Positions 13,301 through 21,139 of a stretch of 64,000 nt of DNA are shown in pieces. The notes beneath the pieces were generated by a model, which worked only from the letters and a program-made list of their open reading frames with translations, did no database searches and was not told the origin of the DNA. Origin of the DNA: Candidatus Oxydemutatoraceae bacterium. Lineage in GTDB: Bacteria; Pseudomonadota; Gammaproteobacteria; Poriferisulfidales; Oxydemutatoraceae. Position numbers and translations under genes: made by a program. Where the stretch lies: the NCBI GenBank assembly GCA_965220085.1, contig CBDCOZ010000003.1, positions 1,792,001 to 1,856,000 on the forward strand. Direction: 5' to 3'. Position 1 is the stretch's first letter. Every line of letters starts with the position of its first letter.

Positions 13301-16300
13301 GCGTTCTCCGCAATGGTATTGTCGCCGGCGTTGCTATCCGCTATCGTCAAAGTCTCCAGCACATTCGTCACGTTTATTGTCAGTTCCAGCGGGTCCGGCT
13401 CATAACCGCTTGCGGCGGCGGTTACCGTCACGGCGTGAGTGCGCGCGCCCGTATCTTCGTAATCCAGCGTGTTGTCCGCGATTAAAGTGATTGCGCCCGT
13501 GTCGGTCGCTATTGCAAACAAGTCGTTCGGATCGCTCAGGCTCCAGGTCGCTCCGCTCACCGCGGCGCCATCGGGGGCTTGTGCCGCCAGCGTCACACCC
13601 GCTATCGCCGTGCCAGCCGTTGCGTTCTCGGCTATCGTCGCCGTGTCGGCACCGCCCGTCTCATCGGTATCCGCAATCCGTAGCTGCGGCTCATCGACAT
13701 CGGTCACCGCTATCGTCAGCGCCAATTCGTTTGAATCTATGCCATCCCCCGAGGCTTGCGCCGTTATCGTGTGGCTCCGCGCTGTTTCAAAGTCCGGCGG
13801 GGCAGCGGCGCTTACTTCGCCGGCGGCGGCAATCGCAAACAGACCGCCGGCATCATCGGTCAGGCGCCAGGTCACGCCTGTCACCGGTATGCTCCCTTCG
13901 CTCGCTGTCAGAGCGATGCCCGGCACCGGCGCGCCGACGGGCGCATTCTCGGCAATCTCTATCGCACCCGTGCCGCTGTTCGCTATCGTCAGCGTCTCCA
14001 ATACATTGGTTATGGCGATAGTCAGGCCCAGATTGTTTGAGTTTATGCCGCCCTTTGAGGCTTGCGCTGTCACCGCATAGCTATTCGGCGGTGTCTCATA
14101 ATCCAATGCGTCCGAAGCGAGGCTGATTGCGCCCGTGTCAGCCGCAATCGCAAATAAGCCGCTTGCATCGGTCAGGTTCCAAGTCACGCCGCTCACTGGG
14201 TTACCGCCCTCGTCGGTCGCGGTCAGAGCGATGCCCGGCACCGTGGCGCCCGCCGTCGCGTCCTCGGCAAGATCTATCGCGCTGCTGCCGCCGTTCGCTA
14301 TCGTCAGCATCTCCAGTATGTTGGTTACGGCAATGAGCAGGAACTCCTCGTTTGAGGATACGCTGTCCTTTGAGGCTTGCGCCGTGACCATGTGTTGCGT
14401 CGCCGCCTCGTAATCCAATTCGCGCTCTACGGTAACCTCGCCGCTGTCGCTGTCTATTGCAAACAGGCCGCCCGCATCATTGTTCAGGCTCCAGGTCACT
14501 CCGCTTACCGCAACCTCATTCTCGTCGGTCGCCTCCAGAACAACGTCCGATACCGTCGTGCCAATTGCCGTATCCTCGGCAAGCTCTATCATAGCGACGC
14601 CGGTGTTCTTTATCCCCAGTATCTCCAGCACATTCGTTACAGCGATGGTCAGGTCGAGGCCGCTTGAACTCACATCGCCTTTATCGGCTTGCACTCTCAC
14701 CGGATAGCCGGTTTGTGTCTCATAATCCAATGTGTCCGAAGCGAGGCTGATGACCCCGTCGGGGCCTATTAAGAACAAGCCGCTCGGATCGATCAGGTTC
14801 CAGAGCACGTCGCTTACGGCGCTGCCGCTCTCGTCGCTCACCGTCAGGGCAATGCCCGGCACCGCCGTATTGACGTCCGCATCCTCGGCCAGCTCTATCG
14901 CGCCGCTGCCGGTATTCGTTATCGTCAAAGTCTCCAGCACGTTCACCACTTCCACTTGTACATTAATCTCCGCGCTATCCGCCCCTCGCGTCGCGCGCAC
15001 CGTCAAGACATGCTCGCGGGCTGTCTCGTAGTCCAATGCGCCCGCCACCGTGATTGCGCCGCTGGCGCTGTCTATTGCAAACAGGCCTCCCGCATCATCG
15101 CTCAGGCTCCAGGTCACTCCGCTCAGAGAGTTGTTATCGGCATCTCTCGCTTCCAGACCCAGACCCGATACCACCGTGCCCGAAGTCACCGACTCCGATA
15201 TCTCTGTCCGATTGTCCATATCCGGCAAATCAACAATCACAAGGTTCTCGTTGATTTCTCCCACGTTTATCACCAGACTTACTTCGTTTGAATTTACGCC
15301 GTCTCCCGAAGCTCGCGCTGTCACCGTGTGTTGCGGGGATGTCTCGTGGTTTAACGAGTTCGCAGCAACCAGAATGATAGCGCCGGCGGAGTCTATCAAA
15401 AATAAATTATTCGGGTTAGCGGTCAGAGTCCATGACAGATCGCTCGTCACCGCGTTATTTGCTTCGTCTTTTGCTTCCAGCGCTATGCCCAAAACCTGAC
15501 TGCCTGCGGCCGCGTTCTCGGCTATCGTATTGGCGGCGGCGTTTCTGTCTCTGATCGTCAGCGCCTCCAGCACATTCGTTACGGCGATGGTCAGGGTTTC
15601 CTCGCTTGACGTGATGTCGCCTTTTGTGACTTGCACTGTCACCGCGTAACTATTCGGCGGTGTCTCGTAATCCAATCTGTCCGAAGCGATGAGGCTGATT
15701 GCGCCGCTGGCGCTGTTTATTGCAAACAGGTCGGGGTCGGCCGGATCGCTCAGAGTCCATGTCACGCCGCTCACTGTGTCACCAATCTCGTCGGCCACCA
15801 CCAGAGCAATGCCCGATACCGCCGTGTCGGCTTCCGCATTCTCGGCGATGGCATTGTCGTCGGCATCTTCATCGACAATCGTCAGTGTCTCCAGCACATT
15901 GGTTACGGCGATAGTCAGGGTTAATTCATCCGAATCTATGCCGTCCTTTGACGCGCGCGCGCCGACCGTGTGTTGCGTTGCCGCCTCGTAGTCCAATGCG
16001 CCCGCCACCGTGATTGCGCCGCTGGCGCTGCCTATTGCAAACAGGTCGGGGACATCCGGATTGCTCAAAGTCCATGTCAGCCCGCTCACCGGGTTATCGC
16101 TCTCGTCGGTCGCGGTCAGAGCGATGCCCGGCGCCGCTGTGCCGGTTGGCGCATTCTCGGCAAGTTCTATCGCGCCGCTGCCGCTATTCGCTATCGTCAA
16201 CGTCTCCAATACATTCGTCACGGCAATGGTCACTGCTATGGCGCCGCTGACAACGCCGGTTGAGGCTTGCGCCGTTATCGTGTGACTCTCTGCCGTCTCA

Positions 16301-19300
16301 AAATCCAACGCGCTCGCCAACGTGACGACTCCGCTATCAGAACTAATCGCAAACAAACCGCCCGCGTCATTGCTCAACTCCCATGTGAAGTCTGTGCCGC
16401 CGACCAGAGGCAGACTGCCTTCGCTCGCGGTCAAGGTGATGCCCGGCACCGCTGTGCCGGTTGGCGCATTCTCGGTCAGCTCTATCGCGCCGCTGGCGGT
16501 ATTCGCTATCGTCAGTGTCTCCAATACATTGGTGACATCGATTGTCAGTGTCAGCGCATTAGACACCACAGTCTGCGAACTTGCCTGTGCGATTATCGTG
16601 TGGCTCGGCGCCGTCTCAAAATCCAATGCGCTCGCCAACGTTACCTCGCCGTCGGCGCTAATCGCAAACAAGCCGCCAGCGGCATCGGTCAAACTCCAAG
16701 TCACATCGCTCACTGCGTCACCGCCCTCGTCGGTCGCGGTCAAGGTGATGCCCGGCGCCGCTGTGCCGGTTGGCGCATTCTCGGTCAGCTCTATCGCGCC
16801 GCTGTCGGTATTCGCTATCGTCAGTGTCTCCAATACATTGGTGACATCGATTGTCAGTGTCAGCGCATTAGACACCACAGTCTGCGAACTTGCCTGTGCG
16901 ATTATCGTGTGGCTCGGCGCCGTCTCAAAATCCAATGCGCTCGCCAACGTTACCTCGCCGTCGGCGCTAATCGCAAACAAGCCGCCAGCGGCATCGGTCA
17001 AACTCCAAGTCACATCGCTCACTGCGTTATTGCCCTCGTCGGTCGCGACCAGAGTGATGCCCGGCACCGTGTCGCCCGCCGGCGCATCCTCGGCAAGCTC
17101 TATCGCGCCGCTGTCGGTATTCGCTATCGTCAGTGTCTCCAATACATTGGTGACATCGATTGTCAGTGTCAGCGCATTAGACACCACAGTCTGCGAACTT
17201 GCCTGTGCGATTATCGTGTGGCTCGGCGCCGTCTCAAAATCCAATGCGCTCGCCAACGTTACCTCGCCGTCGGCGCTAATCGCAAACAAGCCGCCAGCGG
17301 CATCGGTCAAACTCCAAGTCACATCGCTCACTGCGTCACCGCCCTCGTCGGTCGCGGTCAAGGTGATGCCCGGCGCCGCTGTGCCGGTTGGCGCATTCTC
17401 GGTCAGCTCTATCGCGCCGCTGTCGGTATTCGCTATCGTCAGTGTCTCCAATACATTGGTGACATCGATTGTCAGTGTCAGCGCATTAGACACCACAGTC
17501 TGCGAGCTTGCCTGTGCGATTATCGTGTGGCTCGGCGCCGTCTCAAAATTCAATGCGCCAGCCACCGTCACTTCGCCGCCGGTGCTAATCGCAAACAGGC
17601 CGTCAGCGTTATCAGGCAGACTCCATGTCAGGTCGGTTACCGGACGACCGCCTTCGTCGGTCGCGACCAGAGCGATGCCCGGCACCATGGCGTCGGCTGT
17701 CGCAGTCTCGGCAAGCGCTATCGCGCCGCTGCCGGCATTCTCTATCGTCAGGTTCTCCAGCACATTCAATACATTGATTGTCAGTTCCAGCGGCGGGCCC
17801 GGTTCATAACCGGCGGCTTCGGCGGTTACCGTCACGATATGACTGCGCGCGCCCGTATCTTCGTAATCCAGCGTGTTGTCCGCGATTAAAGTGATGATGC
17901 CCGTGTCGGTCGCTATTGCAAACAAGTCGTTCGGATCGCTCAAGCTCCAGGTCACTGTCACTCCGCTCACCGCAACGCTAGCGGGGTCTTGCGCTTCCAA
18001 CATCACACCCGCTATCGCCGTGCCCGCCGTTGCGTTCTCGGCTATCGTCGCCGTGTCGGCACCGCCCGTCGCATCGGTATCCGCAACCTGTAACTGCGGC
18101 TCATCAACATCGGTCACTGTTATCGTCAGCGCCAACTCGTTTGAGTTTATGCCGTCCTTTGAGGCTTGCGCCGTTATCGTGTGGCTCTGTGCCGTTTCAA
18201 AGTCCGGCGGGGTTGCGACTCTTACTTCGCCGCCGGCGCTAATCGCAAACAGACCGCTCGCATCGCTCAGGTTCCAGGTCACTCCGGTTACGGCATTGCC
18301 GCTCTCGTCGCTCGCCGTCAGAGCGGTCACTGCTGTGCCGGCTGGCGTATTCTCGGCGAGTTCTATCGCGTCGCTGCCGGTATTCTCTATCGTCAGCTTC
18401 TCCAGCGCATTCAATACATTAATCGTCAGTTCCAGCGTCGCCGTCGCAAAACCGGCGGCGGCAGCGGTTACCGTTACGGCATGGGTGCGCGCATCCGTGT
18501 CTTCGTAATCCAGCGTGTCGCTCGCAATAAAAGTAATTGCGCCCGTGTCAGTCGCTATTGCAAACAAGCCGTCGGCATCATCGCTCAGGCTCCAGGTCAC
18601 ATCGCTCACATCAGCGCCGTCGGGGCCTCTTGCCGCCAACATCACACCCGCTATCGCCGTACCCATCGGCGAATTCTCAATGATGGTATTGTCGCCGTCG
18701 GCGCGATCGACTATCGTCAGTGTCTCCGGCACATCCGTTACGTCGATGATCAGGGACAGTGTCGAGGTTGCGCCGTCCTTTGAGGCTTGCACCGTAATCG
18801 TGTGTTGCTCTGAGGTCTCAAAGTCCAATTCGTCCGCTACGGTAATCGCGCCGACGGCATCTATTGCAAACAAACCGCCCGCGTCATCGCTCAGCATCCA
18901 TTCCGCTCCGGTTATCACCTCGTCATTCTCGGTCGCTACCAGATTGATGCCCGCTACCTCTGTGTCGATCTGCGCATCCTCGGCGATGGCATTGGCGTCG
19001 GGGTCGCTATCGGTAATCGCCAGAGCCTCGACCACATTCAGCACATTTATCGTCAGCGTAAGCCTGACAAAAGAATTGGAACTGACCGTATCGGCGGTTA
19101 CCACTACGGTGTGTTGCGTTGATGCTTCGTAGTTCAGCATTTTGCCCGCAGCCAAAGTGATTACGCCCGTGTCAGCCGCTATCGCAAACAAGCCGTCGGC
19201 ATCATCGGTCAGGGACCATACCGCATCGATTGCAACCGCGTTATTGCGGAGGAATGCCCCCAGATCCACATCCGCCACCGGAGTACCCGCCGTGGCGTCC

Positions 19301-21000
19301 TCGGCTATCGTCGCCGTGTCGGCATCGCCGGCGGGGTCGGCATCGACTATCGTCAGTATATTGACGCTCACCTTTGCGGAACGGGCTGCCTCGCCGCCGT
19401 GAATGACCGCCGCGACATGATAGGCCAAGGGAACCACAAAGCCCTCGGGGATAGTTCTGTCAAGATGGCCTCTGTCCGCTGTGGGCGTCCTGCCGACAGT
19501 GTCACTCCTCACCGCCGCCCCGTCGCGGTAGATGTGGTACGTAATCGTCGGCGGCGGGTTCCATTCCGGCGGTATCGACGGTGCGAGCCAAGCCAATGCC
19601 ACCTCCTCGCGATTCTCAAACGCAAGCAACTCTTGCGGGCCTTCGCGCAGTTGGAAACCGAACTCTTGCCAACTCGCCGTGCTGTCGCCGTTAAAGTCAA
19701 CCTTCAGCGCCGGGTATTGCGAGGCGGTGCCGAAATCCCAGTGCTCGTTACTGGTCGGGTTCCAGTCTGCATAGATACCGGTGCGCGTCGTCGGCGCCTG
19801 TAACTCGGCGGTCGCATGACCGCTGATGCCGGTGATGGCAACGCCGTTGCCGGCGGCATTGTCCTTGCCCGATGTCTTGGTATCCCAGACGATGGCGGTT
19901 GCATCAAGGCCAAAATAAGCGCCGATGACACCGCCGCCGTCAGCCGCGGGCGCGATCAGGGCGGTGGAATAACTGCGGCGTATCGGGACAGCCGCCTCAT
20001 TGTTCCTGCCAAGCAAGCCGCCGGAGGCAGGCGCCGCGCCATCCGATGCATCGACATAACCGGTGGCGTAAGAATCTTCCAGAAAGGAACCATCCCTTCC
20101 GTCCAAATTGCCAATCAGACCGCCGGTCCAATTGGTACGAACCTGTGTTGATCCGTTGCCGTCGCCATACGCGCGCGTTCTGCCGGTGGCATAACTCCTG
20201 ACTACTTCAAGACCGCGACCAAAGCCGACCAAGGAACCGACTTCGTTGCCGCCCTCTATCCTGACCGCCGACCAGCTGTTCTCAATCCGTGCGCGAAGAC
20301 CGCTTTGTCCGTTCATCAAACCCGCTATGCCGCCAATCCGGTTCGCATTGGTGCTGCCGGCAGGACCCCCATCGCCCGTGCCCGCGGTTATCAAACCGGT
20401 TACGCCGAGGTTGGAAATACATCCTTTGTCGCATGCGCCGGCGGCGCTAGTCCCCCCCGTAACCGCGCCAAATAAGCCGCCCTGACCGCGCCCGGTGATA
20501 TTGGCCTGAAACAGGTTATAAATCGTGTGACCATTGCCCTCAAACTTTCCGCTCCACCGGTTGGTTGCGGTGCCAATGGGCGGAAAGCCGTCTCCGCTTG
20601 TCCATGCCGTGTTGACTGCGTCATCGCCGTAACTGTTCGGATCGTTAAAATCCAAATCATTCATCAATTCATAGCCGATGCAACCGCTGACCCCGCCCGG
20701 GCAACTGTCCCCGTTCGTGCCGAACTGTCGCTCCCAAGCAAAATAAGCGGAAGTGCCCGAGGACGGAACCGCTCCCGCAAGGTTAAAGCGCAACGCATTG
20801 AGTTGTTCCAGTGTCGTGATTTCTATCAGACCGTCGTCGTCGGTATCGTAGTCGGCCGGCGTTTGTGCGATTGCGGATGTGTGAAAGAGCGAAACTGCGA
20901 GCGCTAGAATCAGCGCGCCCGTTTTTAGCAACGGGCAAGGGAATCCGGAGAGCGCATGGAACATACGCCTCGCGTGGTTGATTGTAACTATTGTTGGCAT
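1..21000 (-). CDS. Giant secreted cadherin-repeat adhesin A, 3'-truncated by the window edge (>=7000 aa): signal peptide, GLUG/FN3 head, ~22 cadherin-like repeats, second internal GLUG/FN3 module (~11000-12425), then >=34 more cadherin-like repeats
   Basis: ATG at 21000 gives MPTIVTINHARRMFHALSGFPCPLLKTGALILALAVSLFHTSAIA|QTPADYDTDDDGLIEITTLEQL, homologous to the next gene's N-terminus. Spot checks at ~19300, ~11900, ~10400 and 1-60 (AVTDIDETLPQLQIADTDAT) are all in the same frame. Its absence from the ORF track fits having no stop inside the window. Repeats carry IAENA, WSL and LDYE/LDFE motifs. Repeat counts are estimated from length. Confidence 0.9.
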   Translation of the reverse strand, partial: MPTIVTINHARRMFHALSGFPCPLLKTGALILALAVSLFHTSAIAQTPADYDTDDDGLIEITTLEQLNALRFNLAGAVPSSGTSAYFAWERQFGTNGDSCPGGVSGCIGYELMNDLDFNDPNSYGDDAVNTAWTSGDGFPPIGTATNRWSGKFEGNGHTIYNLFQANITGRGQGGLFGAVTGGTSAAGACDKGCISNLGVTGLITAGTGDGGPAGSTNANRIGGIAGLMNGQSGLRARIENSWSAVRIEGGNEVGSLVGFGRGLEVVRSYATGRTRAYGDGNGSTQVRTNWTGGLIGNLDGRDGSFLEDSYATGYVDASDGAAPASGGLLGRNNEAAVPIRRSYSTALIAPAADGGGVIGAYFGLDATAIVWDTKTSGKDNAAGNGVAITGISGHATAELQAPTTRTGIYADWNPTSNEHWDFGTASQYPALKVDFNGDSTASWQEFGFQLREGPQELLAFENREEVALAWLAPSIPPEWNPPPTITYHIYRDGAAVRSDTVGRTPTADRGHLDRTIPEGFVVPLAYHVAAVIHGGEAARSAKVSVNILTIVDADPAGDADTATIAEDATAGTPVADVDLGAFLRNNAVAIDAVWSLTDDADGLFAIAADTGVITLAAGKMLNYEASTQHTVVVTADTVSSNSFVRLTLTINVLNVVEALAITDSDPDANAIAEDAQIDTEVAGINLVATENDEVITGAEWMLSDDAGGLFAIDAVGAITVADELDFETSEQHTITVQASKDGATSTLSLIIDVTDVPETLTIVDRADGDNTIIENSPMGTAIAGVMLAARGPDGADVSDVTWSLSDDADGLFAIATDTGAITFIASDTLDYEDTDARTHAVTVTAAAAGFATATLELTINVLNALEKLTIENTGSDAIELAENTPAGTAVTALTASDESGNAVTGVTWNLSDASGLFAISAGGEVRVATPPDFETAQSHTITAQASKDGINSNELALTITVTDVDEPQLQVADTDATGGADTATIAENATAGTAIAGVMLEAQDPASVAVSGVTVTWSLSDPNDLFAIATDTGIITLIADNTLDYEDTGARSHIVTVTAEAAGYEPGPPLELTINVLNVLENLTIENAGSGAIALAETATADAMVPGIALVATDEGGRPVTDLTWSLPDNADGLFAISTGGEVTVAGALNFETAPSHTIIAQASSQTVVSNALTLTIDVTNVLETLTIANTDSGAIELTENAPTGTAAPGITLTATDEGGDAVSDVTWSLTDAAGGLFAISADGEVTLASALDFETAPSHTIIAQASSQTVVSNALTLTIDVTNVLETLTIANTDSGAIELAEDAPAGDTVPGITLVATDEGNNAVSDVTWSLTDAAGGLFAISADGEVTLASALDFETAPSHTIIAQASSQTVVSNALTLTIDVTNVLETLTIANTDSGAIELTENAPTGTAAPGITLTATDEGGDAVSDVTWSLTDAAGGLFAISADGEVTLASALDFETAPSHTIIAQASSQTVVSNALTLTIDVTNVLETLTIANTASGAIELTENAPTGTAVPGITLTASEGSLPLVGGTDFTWELSNDAGGLFAISSDSGVVTLASALDFETAESHTITAQASTGVVSGAIAVTIAVTNVLETLTIANSGSGAIELAENAPTGTAAPGIALTATDESDNPVSGLTWTLSNPDVPDLFAIGSASGAITVAGALDYEAATQHTVGARASKDGIDSDELTLTIAVTNVLETLTIVDEDADDNAIAENAEADTAVSGIALVVADEIGDTVSGVTWTLSDPADPDLFAINSASGAISLIASDRLDYETPPNSYAVTVQVTKGDITSSEETLTIAVTNVLEALTIRDRNAAANTIAENAAAGSQVLGIALEAKDEANNAVTSDLSWTLTANPNNLFLIDSAGAIILVAANSLNHETSPQHTVTARASGDGVNSNEVSLVINVGEINENLVIVDLPDMDNRTEISESVTSGTVVSGLGLEARDADNNSLSGVTWSLSDDAGGLFAIDSASGAITVAGALDYETAREHVLTVRATRGADSAEINVQVEVVNVLETLTITNTGSGAIELAEDADVNTAVPGIALTVSDESGSAVSDVLWNLIDPSGLFLIGPDGVISLASDTLDYETQTGYPVRVQADKGDVSSSGLDLTIAVTNVLEILGIKNTGVAMIELAEDTAIGTTVSDVVLEATDENEVAVSGVTWSLNNDAGGLFAIDSDSGEVTVERELDYEAATQHMVTAQASKDSVSSNEEFLLIAVTNILEMLTIANGGSSAIDLAEDATAGATVPGIALTATDEGGNPVSGVTWNLTDASGLFAIAADTGAISLASDALDYETPPNSYAVTAQASKGGINSNNLGLTIAITNVLETLTIANSGTGAIEIAENAPVGAPVPGIALTASEGSIPVTGVTWRLTDDAGGLFAIAAAGEVSAAAPPDFETARSHTITAQASGDGIDSNELALTIAVTDVDEPQLRIADTDETGGADTATIAENATAGTAIAGVTLAAQAPDGAAVSGATWSLSDPNDLFAIATDTGAITLIADNTLDYEDTGARTHAVTVTAAASGYEPDPLELTINVTNVLETLTIADSNAGDNTIAENATIGDEVTGVTLTVRDEGNRLVTDLTWSLTNDAGGLFAIGAGGEVTVAGALDFETAQSHAITAQASTAAIANTIALTIAVENVLETLTAANSGSGAIELVENATAGVPVPGIALTVTDEDGNAVSGVTWSLTDASGLFAIDSATGAISLINSGSLDYETLPNSYAVTVQAGKDGVDSGDLSLTIAVTNVLERLTIADSDAVANAIAENAPIGAEVTGIALSASDEGGRPVTDMTWSLTNNAGGLFAISSAGGEVTVAGTLDFETAQTHTITAQATTDTVVSSPLSLTIAVQRARDSDRDGLIEITTLEQLDAMRWDLDGDGIASTSTDVYLMAFGAGASGCPTPAHPADDDPTITSCIGYELANDLDFDAGDDYASGAVNKGWSAGEGGAGWKPIGVSGHRFAARFDGNGNTIDNLYINSAATEGALGLFGVIGVVGDSAAELGNVGVTGSVTAAGSDAQVGGLVGAVTGGQAEVANSWSSVTAQGGSAAGALAGRLVGSGLRTSYASGNVSAPAGAGGGLVGLVAPSISRVARMDHIYATGSVNADDGGGLIGVRVDREMLNYGYSTALVRGDDEDGNQGGIVGDRSQTTRLSYVAVYWDTETSAATQIIGNFYSGAINYQAGRTTDELQTPPGYDGIYADWNADGADNWDFGSASQYPALKVDFDNDGTASWQEFGYQLRDLPELTASGFGSSRELSWSAPSVPAEWTNPPAITYSVYRDKVLLESGLSDTNYADATARTGAGYAYHVAAVINGGEAVRSVATIAEPDIEIVNALGGTTGTIAETAAVGDAVAGIALQVRLSDGTNTETLTEDIAWELSDDAGGQFAISEIGAITLLAADHALDFESTRTYALRAQATAGGLRTATIDLTVEVANVTEAANIALTDNDEGANEIAENAAAGTAVSNVDLAVSERGELISGVTWSLTDGGPFRIDENGAILLMTAGELDFEMSANASYKVTVSATVPAEQIPDSDDPVTVTLEVTIAVTNVLETLTIADSGAGDNAIAENATIGAEVTGVTLTVSDEGSRPVTDLIWSLPDDASGLFAIATDTGVVSVAGDLDFEAVGGESHTLMAQAAKDGVTSAAFSVTVTVENVLETLTIADSNTGANTIAENATIGAEVTGVTLTVSDEGSRPVTDLTWSLPGNAGGLFAIATDTGVVSVAGDLDFEAAGGESHTLMAQAAKDGVTSAAFSITVTVENVLETLTIADSNAGANAIAENATIGAEVIGITLTASDEGSNAVTDLTWSLPGNAGGLFAIATDTGVISVAGDLDFEAAGGESHTLMAQAAKDGVTSAAFSITVTVENVLETLTIADSNAGANAIAENATIGTEVSGITLTASDEGSNAVTDLTWSLPDNAGGLFAIATNTGVISVAGDLDFEAAGGESHTLMAQAAKNGIDSNELSLTIAVTDIDESLPQLQIADTDATGDANTAVIAEDASAGAAIADVTLAAQDADSNVVSGAVWSLTDPSGLFAIDSANGEITLVASNTLDYEDSSARSHSVTVTAEVDSYQPAVVTLTINVTNVLEKLTIADSDAGANAIAENATIGAEVIGVTLSARDEGGATVTDLTWSLPDDASGLFAIATNTGVISVAGDLDFEAAGGESHTLMAQAAKDGVTSVAFSITITVENVLETLTIADNDTGDNTIAENAPAGTVVPGIALTVRDEGGSTVSAVVWSLTDDAGSLFAITSNTGVITVEGALDYAAATQHTVRAQASRDGIDSNELSLTIAVTDIDETLPQLQIADTDATGDANTATIAESATGGTAIADVTLAAQDADSNVVSGAVWSLTDPSGSFAIDSANGEITLIAGKTLDYETARSHSVTVTAEVDSYQSATLTLAINVLNVLETLTVADNDTGDNTIAENATIGAEVTGVTLTVSDEGGATVTDLTWSLPDDASGLFAIATDTGVISVAGDLDFEAVGGESHTLMAQAAKDGVTSVAFSITITVENVLETLTIADSNAGANTIAENATIGAEVTGVTLTVSDEGSRPVTDLTWSLPGNAGGLFAIATDTGVISVAGDLDFEAAGGESHTLMAQAAKDGVTSAAFSITITVENVLETLTIADSDTGGNTIAENAPAGTVVPGIALTVRDEGGSTVSAVVWSLTDDAGSLFAITSNTGVITAEGALDYAAATQHTVTAQASKDGIDSNELSLTIAVTDIDETLPQLQIADTDATGAANTATIAESATGGTAIADVTLAAQDADSNVVSGAVWSLTDPSGSFAIDSANGEITLIAGKTLDYETARSHSVTVTAEVDSYQSATLTLAINVLNVLETLTIADSNTGANTIAENATIGAEVTGVTLTVSDEGGATVTDLTWSLPDDASGLFAIATNTGVISVAGDLDFEAVGGESHTLMAQAAKDGVTSVAFSITITVENVLETLTIADSDTGGNTIAENAPAGTVVPGIALTVRDEGGSTVSAVVWSLTDDAGSLFAITSNTGVITAEGALDYAAATQHTVTAQASKDGIDSNELSLTIAVTDIDETLPQLQIADTDATGDANTATIAESATGGTAIADVTLAAQDADSNVVSGAVWSLTDPSGSFAIDSANGEITLIAGKTLDYETARSHSVTVTAEVDSYQSATLTLAINVLNVLETLTVADNDTGDNTIAENATIGAEVTGVTLTVSDEGGATVTDLTWSLPDDASGLFAIATNTGVISVAGDLDFEAVGGESHTLMAQAAKDGVTSAAFSVTVTVENVLETLTIADSDAGANAIAENATIGAEVSGVTLTASDEGGRPVTDLTWSLPDNAGGLFAISTGGEVTVAGALNFETAESHTITAQASKDGIDSNELSLTIAVTDIDETLPQLQIADTDATGDANTATIAESATGGTAIADVTLAAQDADSNVVSGAVWSLTDPSGSFAIDSANGEITLIAGKTLDYETARSHSVTVTAEVDSYQSATLTLAINVLNVLETLTVADNDTGDNTIAENATVGAEVTGVTLTVSDEGGATVTDLTWSLPDDASGLFAIATDTGVISVAGDLDFEAVGGESHTLMAQAAKDGVTSAAFSVTVTVENVLETLTIADSDAGANAIAENAPAGTVVPGIALTVRDEGGSTVSAVVWSLTDDAGSLFAITSNTGVITVEGALDYAAATQHTVRAQASKDGIDSNELSLTIAVTDIDETLPQLQIADTDATGDANTATIAESATGGTAIADVTLAAQDADSNVVSGAVWSLTDPSGSFAIDSANGEITLIAGKTLDYETARSHSVTVTAEVDSYQSATLTLAINVLNVLETLTVADNDTGDNTIAENATVGAEVTGVTLTVSDEGGATVTDLTWSLPDDASGLFAIATNTGVISVAGDLDFEAVGGESHTLMAQAAKDGVTSAAFSVTVTVENVLEKLTIADSDAGANAVAENATIGAEVIGVTLSARDEGGATVTDLTWSLPDDASGLFAIATNTGVISVAGDLDFEAVGGESHTLMAQAAKDGVTSVAFSVTVTVENVLETLTIADSDAGANAIAENATIGAEVIGVTLSARDEGGATVTDLTWSLPDDASGLFAIATNTGVISVAGDLDFEAVGGESHILMAQAAKDGVTSVAFSITITVENVLETLTIADSDTGANAIAENAPAGTVVPGIALTVRDEGGSTVSAVVWSLTDDAGSLFAITSNTGVITVEGALDYAAATQHTVRAQASKDGIDSNELSLTIAVTDIDETLPQLQIADTDTTGDANTATIAEDASAGAAIADVTLAAQDADSNVVSGAVWSLTDPSGLFAIDNANGEITLVASNTLDYEDSSARRHSVTVTAEVDSYQSATLTLAINVLNVLETLTVADNDTGDNTIAENATIGAEVTGVTLTVSDEGGATVTDLTWSLPDDASGLFAIATDTGVISVAGDLDFEAVGGESHTLMAQAAKDGVTSAAFSVTVTVENVLETLTIADSDAGANAIAENATIGAEVSGVTLTASDEGGRPVTDLTWSLPDNAGGLFAIATNTGVISVAGALNFEAAGGESHTLMAQAAKDGVTSVAFSITITVENVLETLTIADSDTGGNTIAENAPAGTVVPGIALTVRDEGGSTVSAVVWSLTDDAGSLFAITSNTGVITVEGALDYAAATQHTVRAQASKDGIDSNELSLTIAVTDIDETLPQLQIADTDATGDANTATIAESATGGTAIADVTLAAQDADSNVVSGAVWSLTDPSGSFAIDSANGEITLIAGKTLDYETARSHSVTVTAEVDSYQSATLTLAINVLNVLETLTVADNDAGANAIAENATIGAEVIGVTLSARDEGGATVTDLTWSLPDDASGLFAIATNTGVISVAGDLDFEAAGGESHTLMAQAAKDGVTSVAFSITVDVENVLETLTIADSDTGGNTIAENAPAGTVVPGIALTVRDEGGSTVSAVVWSLTDDAGSLFAITSNTGVITVEGALDYAAATQHTVRAQASRDGIDSNELSLTIAVTDIDETLPQLQIADTDAT
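16430..17570. repeat. About 4 tandem near-identical 300-bp cadherin-coding repeats
   Basis: 'gcattagacaccacagtctgcga' recurs every 300 bp (near 16556, 16866, 17166-17176, 17476-17486). Confidence 0.85.
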
Positions 21001-21139
21001 AAAAATTTCAGGCGCCTTCTCCCAAGGCTGAGCACCGCAACGATGCAATAGGGGGTTATTGTACCTAAAAACGAGGAGATGTGTATGCCGCCACATTCCG
21101 TATGGCTATCTGACTGATTCTGCGGCCTTGCCCCCTGCG

